The notes under the pieces are model-generated. The model did no database searches. It had not been told where the DNA came from and worked only from the letters and a program-made list of their open reading frames with translations. The translations under genes and the position numbers were made by a program. A stretch of 64,000 nucleotides of DNA from Octopus vulgaris (lineage: Eukaryota): contig OX597834.1 of NCBI GenBank assembly GCA_951406725.2, positions 46,438,001 through 46,502,000 of the forward strand, in the 5' to 3' direction. This document shows positions 28,047 through 40,371 of this stretch, in pieces (within the stretch, counting starts at the first letter, position 1; each line of letters begins with the position of its first letter).

Positions 28047-28737
28047 ATGTATGGCTTTGTGGTTGTATGTACGTGTGTCGGGTTACACAATCATGAGGTA
28101 GTGAGCTCGAATCCCGGACCGGGCTGCGTGTTGTGTTCTTGAGCAAGACACTTCATTTCACGTTGTTCCAGTTCACTCAGCTGCAGAAATAAATTGCGGT
28201 GAAGAAACTCGGTTTACAGCTATGTCGTTTCGGGTTCAATCCCGCTGCGCAGCACCTTGAGTAAGTGTCTTCCCTAACAGCCCTGAGACGACCAATGCCT
28301 TGTGAGTGAATTTGGTAGCTGGAAACTGTGGAGAAGCCCATCATGTGTGTGTGTGTTTGTATGTGTTGCGAAGGATGTCTTTGTGTTTGTGTAATGCTTG
28401 TTACCCACAACTGGTTGACAACCGATCTGGTTTGTTTACGTCCCCGTAACATAGCGGAGCTGTTCGGCAAAAGTGACCGATAGAATAAATACCAAATTTG
28501 AACAAATAATAAAAACTAGGGTCGAATCATTCGAATAAACTCTTCAAGGTGGTGCCCCAGCATGACCGCAGTCTAATGACTGAAGCAAGTAGATAGTAGA
28601 TAGGCGCATTTGCTTTGAAGAAGAATGTAATTTTGGCTGCTATTTTTAGCAGATCAAGCGACCGCGTACTGATTCTTCCACAGAGTTGGGGAGGAACTAA
28701 ATTTTTAAAAGCCTAGAAAATAAAATGATTAACAAGA

Positions 28738-28772
<35 letters not shown>

Positions 28773-28887
28773 ATGAGATTTAAAAATTATAAATTGAAAA
28801 AATCTGGAAGTTCTTAGAATTTAAGATGGCGAGAATTGATCGAAGTTGAATATAGTTAATTAGGTTAGTTTTATTAATTATCCTAGT

Positions 28888-28939
<52 letters not shown>

Positions 28940-29459
28940 GCTCATTAGCCTCATTAAGTCACTGGCCATCATTTTAGCTAGATTGTTCCGTTCAATCAAG
29001 CCTTACCATCTCATGTCTCCCTGCGACAGACAAACGGACAGACAGACAGACAGACAGATACATGCTTACACACGCGCGCACGCGCAAACACAAAATGGCA
29101 CACACATGCATACTGACATACACTCGTGTACATCCACACACATTGATATATGCACACATACACACGTATACACATACACTGCCGCACACATACAAAGACA
29201 TACATATAATACACACCCACATATGTACATACGTAAATATACACACATAACGAGTATGTTGTATTGTAATACACTTAAGTACTCGCACACAAACATATAT
29301 ATATATATATATACACATACGCACCGACTTTCACATACACACACTCACACACATTGATACACAAACACTGGTACACACACACACAGGCACACATACATAC
29401 ATACATACATACATACATACATACATACATACATACATACATACATACATACATACAAA

Positions 29460-29619
29460 CAGAAAGCTAATTCGAAGGCTACAGGTCCAATCTATCACTG
29501 GAATTGTAAAAATCTGTAAAACTTTCCAGAAATTTATCATTTAAGTATATAAATGAGTATGTCTAAATATGTAGCTATATGCATGAGAATACGTGCATAA
29601 AACATACAAATCTGCAGAC

Positions 29620-29654
<35 letters not shown>

Positions 29655-29672
29655 CGCACGCAAGCACGCACG

Positions 29673-29724
<52 letters not shown>

Positions 29725-29875
29725 TACATACATACATACATACATACATACATACATACATTCAAAAAAAATGTTGATGTTGAAATTCCAATGAAGAAAC
29801 CTTGTATCTAGGTTAGAAACCGGTTCTTCCTCCATTGGCAAGAAATCTTGAAATAAATCTGAATTAATGACAACC
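29460..29875 (+). mobile_element. R4/Dong-like element 3' end (5'-truncated), directly after a (CATA)n tract
   Basis: RKLIRRLQVQSITGIVKICKTFQKFII* and the same 3' UTR as 14485-14975. Confidence 0.75.
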
Positions 29876-30698
29876 ATCCATCCATCCATCCATCCATCCA
29901 TCCATCCATCCATCCATCCATCCATCCATCCATCCATCCATCCATCCATACATAGACATACATAGACATACATAGACATACATAGACATACATAGACATA
30001 CATAGACATACGCACTCACGCAAATTAACACAAACTGACGCATAAAAAGTGCATACGCACACACATACAAACACACACTCACACATACACACACTGAACA
30101 TACATACACACATACCACACAACAAATACTCACTTAAGCACACTCATACACATACACAGTAACAGCAGCACCACCAGCACCAACAGCAACAACAACAACA
30201 CCATGACCATCACTAGCAACAAAACAATACCAATATTGATATTCTACAAGGTCAAAAAACCTGCAAAAAATAACTGTGAAGTCTCCATCAAATAGTAATG
30301 TATTGTCTTAAAACAATTGAAGGACATAAAATTACTTAGCTGTCGGTAGACTAATTCTAGAAAAACTTGGCGAGATAGTCATGACTGGAGCGTCGTTGGT
30401 CATAAGTAGACTCAATCAGGGGTAATGAATTACTCCCACCACCAAACCAAGAACAACAACAGCTCACACCATCAGAGAAACTTCCCAACAGTTTCCGTCG
30501 ACCAAGTTTCATCCACAAGGCTTTGGCTAAGCTGAGTTTAGGGAACACTTTTGATTATAGGGTTACTCAGCCAGTGCTGTAGAGGTCCAAACAACCCCAC
30601 CACCACCGGCACTACCACCGCCACTACCATTACCACCACCGACTACAACTACTACTACAACAGCAACAACAATAACAACAACAACAAAATGGATTTAC

Positions 30699-30840
30699 CG
30701 AGATCCTCCGATTCAAACATGCAGCCTTCGTTAATACCAAAATCACGGCACCAACGGAGAAAGGTGGCAGCATTGTCTCTGGCGAACCAGGTCCCAGATT
30801 TGGCGTTTTCTCTGTAGCGGAACTTTAGTCTTGGTATGGG
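30699..30840 (-). CDS. GAS2: GAS2-like coding exon 3 (CH domain)
   Basis: Acceptor ttcattgcag and donor gtaaat. Encodes PIPRLKFRYRENAKSGTWFARDNAATFLRWCRDFGINEGCMFESEDL, matching the GAS2 signature SG.FFARDN.A.FL.WCR..G....C.FESE.L. Phase 0 in, phase 1 out. Confidence 0.93.
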
Positions 30841-30975
30841 CTGCAATGAAGAAGGACAGTTGGAAGAGTACTGTGATTAGGGAGGTGCTTCTGGAAGCTT
30901 GTGTAAATATATAGGGATAGGAGAAAGAAGGTGAGGTGGAGGGATAGACCGAGAGACAGATACAGACACATGGAC

Positions 30976-31014
<39 letters not shown>

Positions 31015-32391
31015 TAGAGAGAGAGAGAGGGGGTGAGATAGAAAGAGAGAGACGGAGAGTCAGAGAGAGGGGGAGAGAGAGAAAGAGGGAGAGAGATCAG
31101 AAGAATAGTAAGATAAACAGATTGACATAAAGAGAGACTGATGATTACTGTGTGAGAGGAAGAGAGGGAGAAGGAGAAGGGAGAGAAGGAAAAGGGAGAA
31201 AGAATATTCTTGTATTCAGTTTTTACTCTGAGTCACCTCGGGGTAAGGCCTATAGGACTCCCTGGCTTCCTACTCGGCAAACAGTTAATGGGGAGGTGTG
31301 CCACTAATGGCACGAAAAAGCTTTGTAGGCGCATTTATAAAGTAGTTGAAACAATCCAATAACCGATAAAGAATATAAAAGCAATACAATGAGATGAAAG
31401 AGCTGCTGGCAATCGCAAAATGTGAAACTTGAAGAAATTGATGAGAGCTTAGCCCTTTCAGATGAGTTCGATGCAGTACCAAGCAGTGGTTCTCATGGCT
31501 TCTGAACTAATTGGAAGTATTATCATGTATATGTTTTGTTTTGGTATAAAAGATGGACTACAGCAAATATTCTGCTCAATACCACTGATTTGCTTGTCAG
31601 TTGTTTGACCATAACCAGTTGAACATGTCCCTTAGTGGTTGACAATATGTGCATCTCTGATTATGGGCAGACGTAGTGGGAAAACATCATAGCAATGTCT
31701 TAAGAGGAATTCTTTGGGGTTTGAATAATTCATCTCTGAAAACATGGGTGTTTCATTAAAACATCCTTAAACAAACCTTATTCAGAGACCTTTTGAGCGG
31801 GATAGGCTACTTGACCCGAAGAAAATTGTCACTGGGTCCCACCTGCAAGGTCATGTGCTGTTTATCTTGATATCAAATCACCATATCGCGCACATATAGT
31901 TGTGATGCATGTGCTTGGTGATAATTATCAGACGGGTAGTCATGATGGGTATTTTGGGCTTCGTATATTTGCACCTCAGTGTCACTTTGAATGCATGCAC
32001 TGCTCTCTTCCTCGATAAGTGATTTCTAATTTTGGAACAAGGCCAGCAATTTTTGAGGGAGAGGGATTAGTCGATTTTATCGACTGCAGTACTTGACTGG
32101 CATATCACTTAATTGATCCCAAAAGGCTGAAAGGTGAGGTTGATCTTGGTTAGTGTTTGAATTCTTCAAATGCACTTTTTCACACCATCCACCTAACGAT
32201 TACACACACATATACCACTCCCCGTTCAAGTCCGTTTCCAGACACGGATTCACTCTTACACTTGCATATACAGACCTTCCACATTCTTCATTCTTGTTAA
32301 ACACGTCACTGGAACAGTATTTCCACCTGGAGCCAGAAGAAATGCCAACAAAGCATTTTGTCCGATTGAGTGAATACATCTGTCATCTTAC

Positions 32392-32513
32392 CTCTGTGTA
32401 CTTCCCTTCTTTGTATGCGGCTTCAGCCTTTAATTGGATAAGGTGTGCCAGCCGGCAGAGGGCAGCACCATTGTCGAGGGCCTCCATAAAGGTTTCGGTC
32501 GTTATTGTAAGGT
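32392..32513 (-). CDS. GAS2: GAS2-like coding exon 2 (CH domain)
   Basis: Acceptor ccttctttgtctttcag and donor gtaag. Encodes (D)LTITTETFMEALDNGAALCRLAHLIQLKAEAAYKEGKYTE with the CH motif FME.LDNG..LC.LA. Phase 1 in, phase 0 out. This frame is absent from the ORF track. Confidence 0.92.
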
Positions 32514-32787
32514 CTGAAAGACAAAGAAGGATTAAACAGACGTCTCTTTCTCATTTCCTTTTTGCTTCTCTCTTTCTTTTTCTGATGACGGATTAACACC
32601 CGAAACGTTAACATGCATTCCCTTTCTTTTAAAATGCTAAGCTAATGCCTTATTTACCAAATTTTGTTTCTCCTGTGTTATCCTTTTATTGTTCATTATA
32701 CACACACACACACAGATATGCATAATTTATATATACATTCATACAATGAAGTAATATATACACACATCATAAATCTATACGTGTATG

Positions 32788-32824
<37 letters not shown>

Positions 32825-33017
32825 ATGTGTGTGTGTGTGTGTGTGTGGGTGTGGGTGTGGGTGTGGGTGTGTGTGTGTGTGTAAAAATCATATCCATGTA
32901 CATGCAAGGGTGAAAGTAAATCAGAACAATCAGGCTGTGAAGCGGCTGTCATCTGACATGAGGCAATCAGCATCACAGGTATACATACATTACATACATA
33001 AATACATACATTACATA

Positions 33018-35052
33018 CCGTGTTTTTCCGAAAATAAAACCTAACCAGAAAATAAGATCTAGCATGAGTTTTCAGGATTTTCATAGAAGCTCTTCCCTTA
33101 AAATAAGCCCTGGTTGAGAGCGGCAGACAGACGAAAGAAATAAGCAGCCCTTCATATTGATTCAAACCGCTTTGTTGCCGTGTATACACTGTTCAAATGA
33201 TCTTTTTGGCGGCTAAAAATAACGACGTCGCAAAATCTATCTTGCTGTCTCTTTCGTAACTCAAATATTAACAAGCTATACATCAATCGACAGTGCATAT
33301 TCGGGGCTTTCAAATGTGCCATCTAACATTTTCATCAGTGGTCAGTACTGGTCAGTAGATGCAAAAAACAATAAAGTACATGTTTTCTTTCAAGGCAAAA
33401 TCTCCCAGAAAACATGAAATTCAGTGGAAAATCATTTGTCACCCGAAGACAACATGAGCGCAAGAAGAAAGATCTATTCCATCGAGTACAAGAAAGGTAT
33501 CGTGGAAGAATCACTGGGCAAGAATCTTACTATTTTCTGCAAGAAAAAAAAAAGAGATTGGATCTCCGAATTGGTTCGAAAATGGCGAGTAGACTACGAT
33601 TAAACTCAGCCAACAAGTGGATGAGGGAAATGCAAAGAAGCGCAAGTGTGGATCAAGTCGGTGACCAGTATTTTCTGAGCTGGAAGACGTCATCTGTGAA
33701 TGGGTTGCTGACAGGAGAGCAAAGGCTTAGGTTGTTCGCAGGACCGATATTCAAGCATTTGCCGTTGCAAATGCGTCACAGTTTCCAGAAGAATTCAAAG
33801 CATTACAACACTGGCTGGAAGGTTTCCTGCAGTTTCATCAACTTTCTCTGAGAAGGCCGACAACAATGTTCAAACGGGAAGATACCGAGGTTATTAAACG
33901 TGTACTTGCATATAAGTCATTTATCAATAGGATAGACTTTTCTAAATACCGTCTCTGCAACATGATTGCGCTATGGATGAAACTGAAGTGTTCATGGGCC
34001 AAAGATCTCCATCGACAATTGATTAAAGGTGTGCGTCGTCAATGTGCATTCCTTCCAATGGTTACGAAGGTGCACGAGTTACATGTATTTTTACAATTCG
34101 TCTCGATGGAAGTAAAGCCCCACCTCGAATCATCACTAAAAGCAGGAATGATATAATTGAACGTGTTTCAGACATCTGTGTTCTGGAAACTGAAAAAGCA
34201 CGGTGCACACAGGCAGTTTTAAGGAAGTGTGTTGATTTCATGTTGCCACTTATTTTGCGAGGAGGTAAAAGAGGTCTGGCAGCACTCACCGCGCAAAAGA
34301 CATGAAGAACGTCTTTGCAGAATGAAGAATAGATCAAATCATGATTCTTGCAGGAATGACAGCCCATCTCCAGACTCTTGATATTGCAATAAATAAACCA
34401 TTCAAGGACCATTTGCTCATGGAAATCAATGACTTCATTGAAAACAGAATGGTGAGAAATCAACGTGGAAATTTTGTGAAAGCCAGCCTTCAAGAGATCG
34501 TGACTTGGCTGACGAATTCATGGAACAAAATCACAGACAGCTGTGTTGCCAATGCACCACGAGCAGACTACCTGGACAAGAACTTCTCATTCAATGAAAT
34601 CTCTATTTCTCCACATGAGAAATTGAGGACGAAAGTTCTGCAGGAAATGGAATCACACGAAAACTCCGCAGGAATTTTGGAATCCGGCCATTTGCAGAAC
34701 AATGCCATTCCAGAGGACGATAATGTGAATGGTTTTGAATAAATTATTGTTAACTAGTTTCTGAGTAAAACAATATCTAAATCATCAAGTAAACGGAGAT
34801 AGATTTTCATAATTACTGTTTACTTAGTAATTTTCTGTTTCGTAATGTCGTTTTTCGGTATATGAAAAAAAATTACACCATTTCGTCATTTCGGAGGGAA
34901 AATTAATATAAACTCTGTCTTACATTATTTACATTTGACAAATATTTGTCTTCATCTTTTTTTTGTTGTTGTTGTTAACAACGTTTCGGCTGATATACCC
35001 TCCAGCTTTCATCAGGTGTCTTGCGGAAATTTCGAACCTGAGTATTTTTCAA

Positions 35053-35102
<50 letters not shown>

Positions 35103-35131
35103 CGAGCAGTGACCTGAATAACATCAACAAC

Positions 35132-35187
<56 letters not shown>

Positions 35188-35420
35188 CATCGAAAAATAC
35201 CTTAGGAATGAAAACCCAGTTTCGAAATTTCCCCCAAGACACCTGATGAAGCCTGGAGGGTATACAAGCCGAGAAGTTGTGTTAACAACAAATAAGCTGA
35301 GGACAAATATCCGCCAAATATAAATAATATAAATAATATAAATAATGTAAATAATGTACAATAATTCCTTATCTCTTAAATATAGAACTGTAATCTCTGT
35401 CTTATTTTCAGGAAACACGG
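33018..35420 (+). mobile_element. pogo/Tigger-like DNA transposon, full length but decayed
   Basis: TIRs TA|CCGTGTTTTTCCGAAAATAAAAC and GTCTTATTTTCAGGAAACACGG|TA with TA TSD. The frameshifted ORF ~33454-34742 has a CENP-B-like HTH (LEDVICEWVADRR) and DDE_1 motifs (MDET, DGSKAPP, GMTAHLQTLDIAINKPFK). Confidence 0.92.
34923..35394. mobile_element. Foldback insert of two inverted Penelope-like 3' ends, each with a hammerhead-like motif, flanked by a 10-bp TSD
   Basis: CTCTGTCTTA at 34913-34922 and 35395-35404. Arms ~34923-35100 and ~35125-35350 are reverse-complementary, and each carries acacCTGATGA-stem-GAAACGTT or a variant. Confidence 0.75.
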
Positions 35421-35649
35421 TACATACATACATAGAAATACATACATACATACATACATACATACATACATACATACACCCACACACACACACATACATA
35501 CATACATACATACATACATACATACATACATACATACATACATACATACATACATACATACACACACATACATACATAGACATACATACATACATACATA
35601 CATACATACATACATACATACATACATACATACATACATACATACATAC

Positions 35650-36290
35650 GGAGTTCACACCGAAGATATCACCCACATCATAAGCAGCTGTTCGAAAATG
35701 TTTTTACAGTTTTATCTAACGATGAGACATGATGCTGTAGCTTGGGCAATGTATAATGAAATGCGACGGAAGGCGACCCCGAGGACAAAGAAATAAGAGC
35801 CCACAGTATGGTAGGAACCATAGCCACTCATGATAAAAATCAAGGGTTCTGGTGGAGTGGACAAGTGAAGATCTCGATTGAATGTAAGCACAACAGACCT
35901 GATATAATGATTTGGAATAGAGAAGAGAAACTGTGCACAGTTGTGTAAATTAGCTGCCCAACGAATGTTAACATAAAGCTGAAGATCAGTGAAAAAGAGA
36001 ACATCCATGGTGAACTATTGAGAAATCTGCGGTTACTCTATCCAGATTACAAGTTCAGGTTTATACCTGTAATTATTGGGGCCCTGGAATATGTATCATA
36101 CTGCCTAAATACCAATCTTGAGAAATTAGGCTTCTCAAAACCAGGAAGGAAAAAACTAATTCAACGACTAATCATTGGAACTGTAAAAATCTGTAAAACT
36201 TTCCAGAAGTTTATCATTTAAATATATATGAGTATGTCTATATATGTAACTATATGCATGAGAATACACACATAAAACATACAACTCTGC
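35650..36290 (+). mobile_element. R4/Dong-like non-LTR retrotransposon fragment (restriction-like endonuclease domain), embedded in (TACA)n
   Basis: Peptide KHNRPDIMIWNREEKLCTVV*ISCPTNVNIKLKISEKENIHGELLRNLRLLYPDYKFRFIPVIIGALE has the RPD..E..K RLE signature; (CATA)n on both flanks. Confidence 0.8.
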
Positions 36291-36680
36291 ACATACATAC
36301 ATACATACATACATACGTACTACATACATACATACATACATACATACATACATACATACATACATACATACATACGTACTACGTACATACGTACGTATAT
36401 ACGTACGTACATACACACATACATACATACATACATACATACATACATACATACATACATACATACATACATACATACATACATACATGTATGTATGTAT
36501 GTATATTCAAATTCCTCTGTTATAGTTTAGTCGGCGATAATGCGTAGTGCCCTTAACTCCATTCTTCTCTGATGCATTCGGGAGGAAGGGAGATAGCTTT
36601 CCAACAGACGAAACGGAAGCCCAACGCTCTAACGATCCACGCACATGCATACACAAGTTTAATATTATAAAATGTCTCAC

Positions 36681-36921
36681 CCAGAATTCTCTGCAGCCAA
36701 TCGGCTAGGTCCTCCTTCAACGGAACCAAGCTCTCGGCTTGCTGCTCAGCTCGACGGCTTTCATATTCTTCGTCAACAGCGGGGTAGAAGTCCAGTTTAT
36801 TGCCCACCCCGCTGTCGGCGTCTCCATTGACAAGACTGAATGCCATATTGATTGGTTCAACCTCGGATTCTTCGATGAGGGGTGAACATAGAACTGTGTC
36901 GAGCGACGTCGGTGAATGCAT
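36681..36921 (-). CDS. GAS2: GAS2-like protein, coding exon 1 (N-terminus and start of calponin-homology domain)
   Basis: Encodes MHSPTS...QAESLVPLKEDLADWLQRIL, matching the GAS2-family motif L.P.KEDLA.WL..LL. The ATG at 36921 has an in-frame upstream TAG. Acceptor ttccag lies before 36946 and donor G|gtgaga follows 36681 (phase 1). Confidence 0.9.
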
Positions 36922-36953
36922 GCTCTAGCCAGCCGGATGGCGCCACCTGGAAT

Positions 36954-37017
<64 letters not shown>

Positions 37018-37412
37018 AAGATAGATACATACATACATACATACATACATACATACATACATACATACATACATACATACATACATACATACATACATAC
37101 ATACATAGACACGCATGGATATATATTGCTTAGGCATTGCGAGACTACTAACCTAATGTAGAACTCAGTATACGTATGCATCAGAACAAAGTGTTAGAGG
37201 AGTATATTCAGGCACCCAGTTACGAGTGCGCAGCATCTTATAGCAGAAACATCTGTAAGCTCATGAAACTCATAACATGACCGTCATTTTTCTTTGACAT
37301 CTCTTTTCCTTATTACCACTCTGATTATATATATATATATATATATTCGTTGAAAAAAATAAATAATAAAAGAGGGAAAATACAGTTTATATATTTCTAA
37401 TATATGTTAAAC

Positions 37413-37979
37413 CATGGGTCGGGAAAGATTTTTAACCAATTACCCCAAAATATATTTATTTACTCCAATGTTACTCCCTTGATTTGAAAGGCAGAAATTT
37501 ATAAATTCTTTGAATTCAAAAGGTTTATGGAATCTATTTATATGGAAAATACAATTATGAATATAAAAAGTGTTTTTAAAATGCGATAAAATAAATTAAT
37601 AACCTCATTATGAAACAAAAGGATTTTTCTTGAAACTTTTCATTTCAGCATTTGGCGAAATGCTGTTTCATTTTTGTGATAATTACATCAAAATTGGGGC
37701 AGTTTGATACCAGAGCAATTTGGATACAGTCTTCAGGGTCCAATCGATTCCCCTGCTTTGATTTTATGTTCATTAGAGTGGAAAATCCTTGTTTGCAACG
37801 TAAGGTTGTTGCAAAAGGCAACATATTTTTGATTGCCTCCTCATGCTAGAAGAAAAATTTCTGTCACAACGAGGAACATGTTTTTATATAATTTTGTTTA
37901 TGTCTAATGAGTCCTCATTACTACCAAGAATTTCGTTTAACCCTATTTAGGGTAATTTACTCCGGTTTACCGACCACTG
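37413..37979 (-). mobile_element. Internally deleted hAT (Charlie/Buster-like) transposon
   Basis: TIRs catgggtcgggaaa / tttaccgaccactg with imperfect 8-bp TSD tgttaaac / ttttaaag. Minus-strand peptide ~37847-37646 HEEAIKNMLPFATTLRCKQGFSTLMNIKSKQGNRLDPEDCIQIAL is a hAT dimerisation domain. Confidence 0.8.
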
Positions 37980-37988
37980 TTTTAAAGG

Positions 37989-38138
37989 ATAGAAAATGAT
38001 AGTCGACCGGTTTCGTGCTTTGCTAATGATGACAGGAATTGGTGAAAATATTGCAATTTCGTATTTTTCAATATTTTCACCAATTTCAATGTTATGATTA
38101 ACGAAAGACGAAACCGGTCGACTATCGAATTATTCTAT
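37989..38138. repeat. ~150-bp palindrome with decayed hammerhead-like motifs in both arms
   Basis: Outer gatagtcgaccggtttcgt / acgaaaccggtcgactatc and inner aattggtgaaaatattg / caatattttcaccaatt pairings; both arms carry GAAA-CCGG-TC-gac. Confidence 0.75.
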
Positions 38139-38306
38139 TATTCACCTGTTCAAGCAAAGGCAATGTAATGGAACGAGTGAGCTAAGGTAAACACAAGCAT
38201 TTAATCACCATACGGTGCCCTCATCCGTCAACTAAAGACGGCAGAGTCCGTTATACATACATACATACATACATACATACATACATACATACATACATAC
38301 ATACGT

Positions 38307-38359
<53 letters not shown>

Positions 38360-38577
38360 CACTCCTTTACTCTATTACTTGTTTCAGTCATTTGACTGTG
38401 GCCATGCTGGAGTACCGCCTTTAGTCGAGCAAATCGACTCCAGGACTTATTCTTTGTAAGCCTAGTAATTATTCTATCGTTCTATTTGCCGAACCACTAA
38501 GTTACGGGGACGTACACACTCCAGAATCGGTTGCCAAGCGATGTTGGGGGGACAAACACAGACACACAAACATAAAC

Positions 38578-38615
<38 letters not shown>

Positions 38616-40371
38616 TATACGACATGCTTCTTTCAGTTTCCGCCTACCAAATCCACTCACAAGGCTTTTTATTCTACTTATTTTTGAAAAGCCTGCTACT
38701 TATTCTACCGAGATCTTTTGACGGACCGCCAAGTTGCGGGGACGTAAACACACCAGCAGCGGTTGTCAAGCGGTGATAGGCAGACAACCATAGACACAAA
38801 GACATACACACATAGATATAAGCATATATATATATACATGCATACATAGATACATACATACATACATACATACATACATACATACATACATACATACATA
38901 CATACATACATACACACACGATGGTTTTCTTTCAGTTTCCGCCGAAAAAAATCCACTCACAAAGCTTTGTTCGACCAGAAGATATGATAGAAGACAATTG
39001 CCCAAAGTGCAAAGCTGTGGGACTGAACTCGGAACCATGTAGGTGGGAAGCAAACTTCTTACCACACAGCCACATCTGCGCCTATATAATGTGTATGTGT
39101 GCGTGTGTGAGTATGTATGTATGTATGTATGTATGTATGTATGTATGTATGTATGTATGTATGTATGTATGTATGTATGTATGTATGTATGTATGTATGG
39201 AGGGCGGAGGAACTCTTGAGAGTCAACGGCCACCCAGTAAATATCTTAAGAGTGTATCATGCGCGGGGACATAGAAATAATCGGACTGAATACCTGATCG
39301 CGCTGTTAAACCATTGGGAATGAAGGACTCCTAGCCTTTGTTGGGGCACCCTTCTAGGAGAAGGTAATTCAGGTAACTGGGATAACTCCGACATAAAACC
39401 TGCGGCTCAGTGGTTACCGATGACGTTGACTTGTTCTTCTTTTCGGATTATGGCTGCTGTTGCTGAGTGAGTGGGATTGACTCAGTGCACAGCCTTTCTA
39501 CACTTTAAAAAAATCTTCTTGCACAGGCATTGCACGATAACAACATTGATTAAGCTTCGTGCAATGGCCATACCCGATAACGAGGGGGCAGCCACCATGG
39601 ACACACACACACAATTGGCTTCTTTCAGTTTCCGCCAACCAAATCCATTCATAATGCATTGGTTAGCTCGTGGGTATAGAAGACACTTGCTCAAGATGGC
39701 ACACAGTGGGACTGAACCCTAGACCACGTGATTGCAAAACAGGCTTCTTAACTCTGAGCATAGTAGGTATCCTGTTTTTGTTTTTTTTTTTACAAAAATG
39801 ATACAAAACAATAATACAAAAAGTATATAAACAGAATAGAAAAATTAGGACGGTCGTTGTCGGAACGTCTCTAAGCATAGGTGTATTCAACCGACATTTC
39901 CTTGGGCTAAACACCAACAACAATAACGTATCTATTTCTTTACTACCCACAAGGGGCTAAACACAGAGGGGACAAACAAGGACAGACAAACGGATTAAGT
40001 CGAGTGCATAGACCCCAGTACGTAACTGGTACTTATTTAATCGACCCCGAAAAGATGAAAGGCAAAGTCGACCTCGTCGAAATTTGAACTCAGAACGTAA
40101 CAGTAGACGAAATACCGCCAGGCATTTCGCCCGGCGTGCTAACGCTTCTGCCAGCCCGCCGCCTTGACAGCAATAACATGCCATATGAGTCCCCATGCAA
40201 TCCACAAGCAACTTCCAACAACTGGGATTCGAACACCAGAATGCATTTGCTGCATTAGAATTTATCATAGGCGTTTGACATCCTGTCGTTACGTTGTCCA
40301 ATATGTCCTTCCATATAAAAAATGGTATAATTTGGCTGTTATTTCTAGTCGGTCGAGGTTAAGCCACATTC

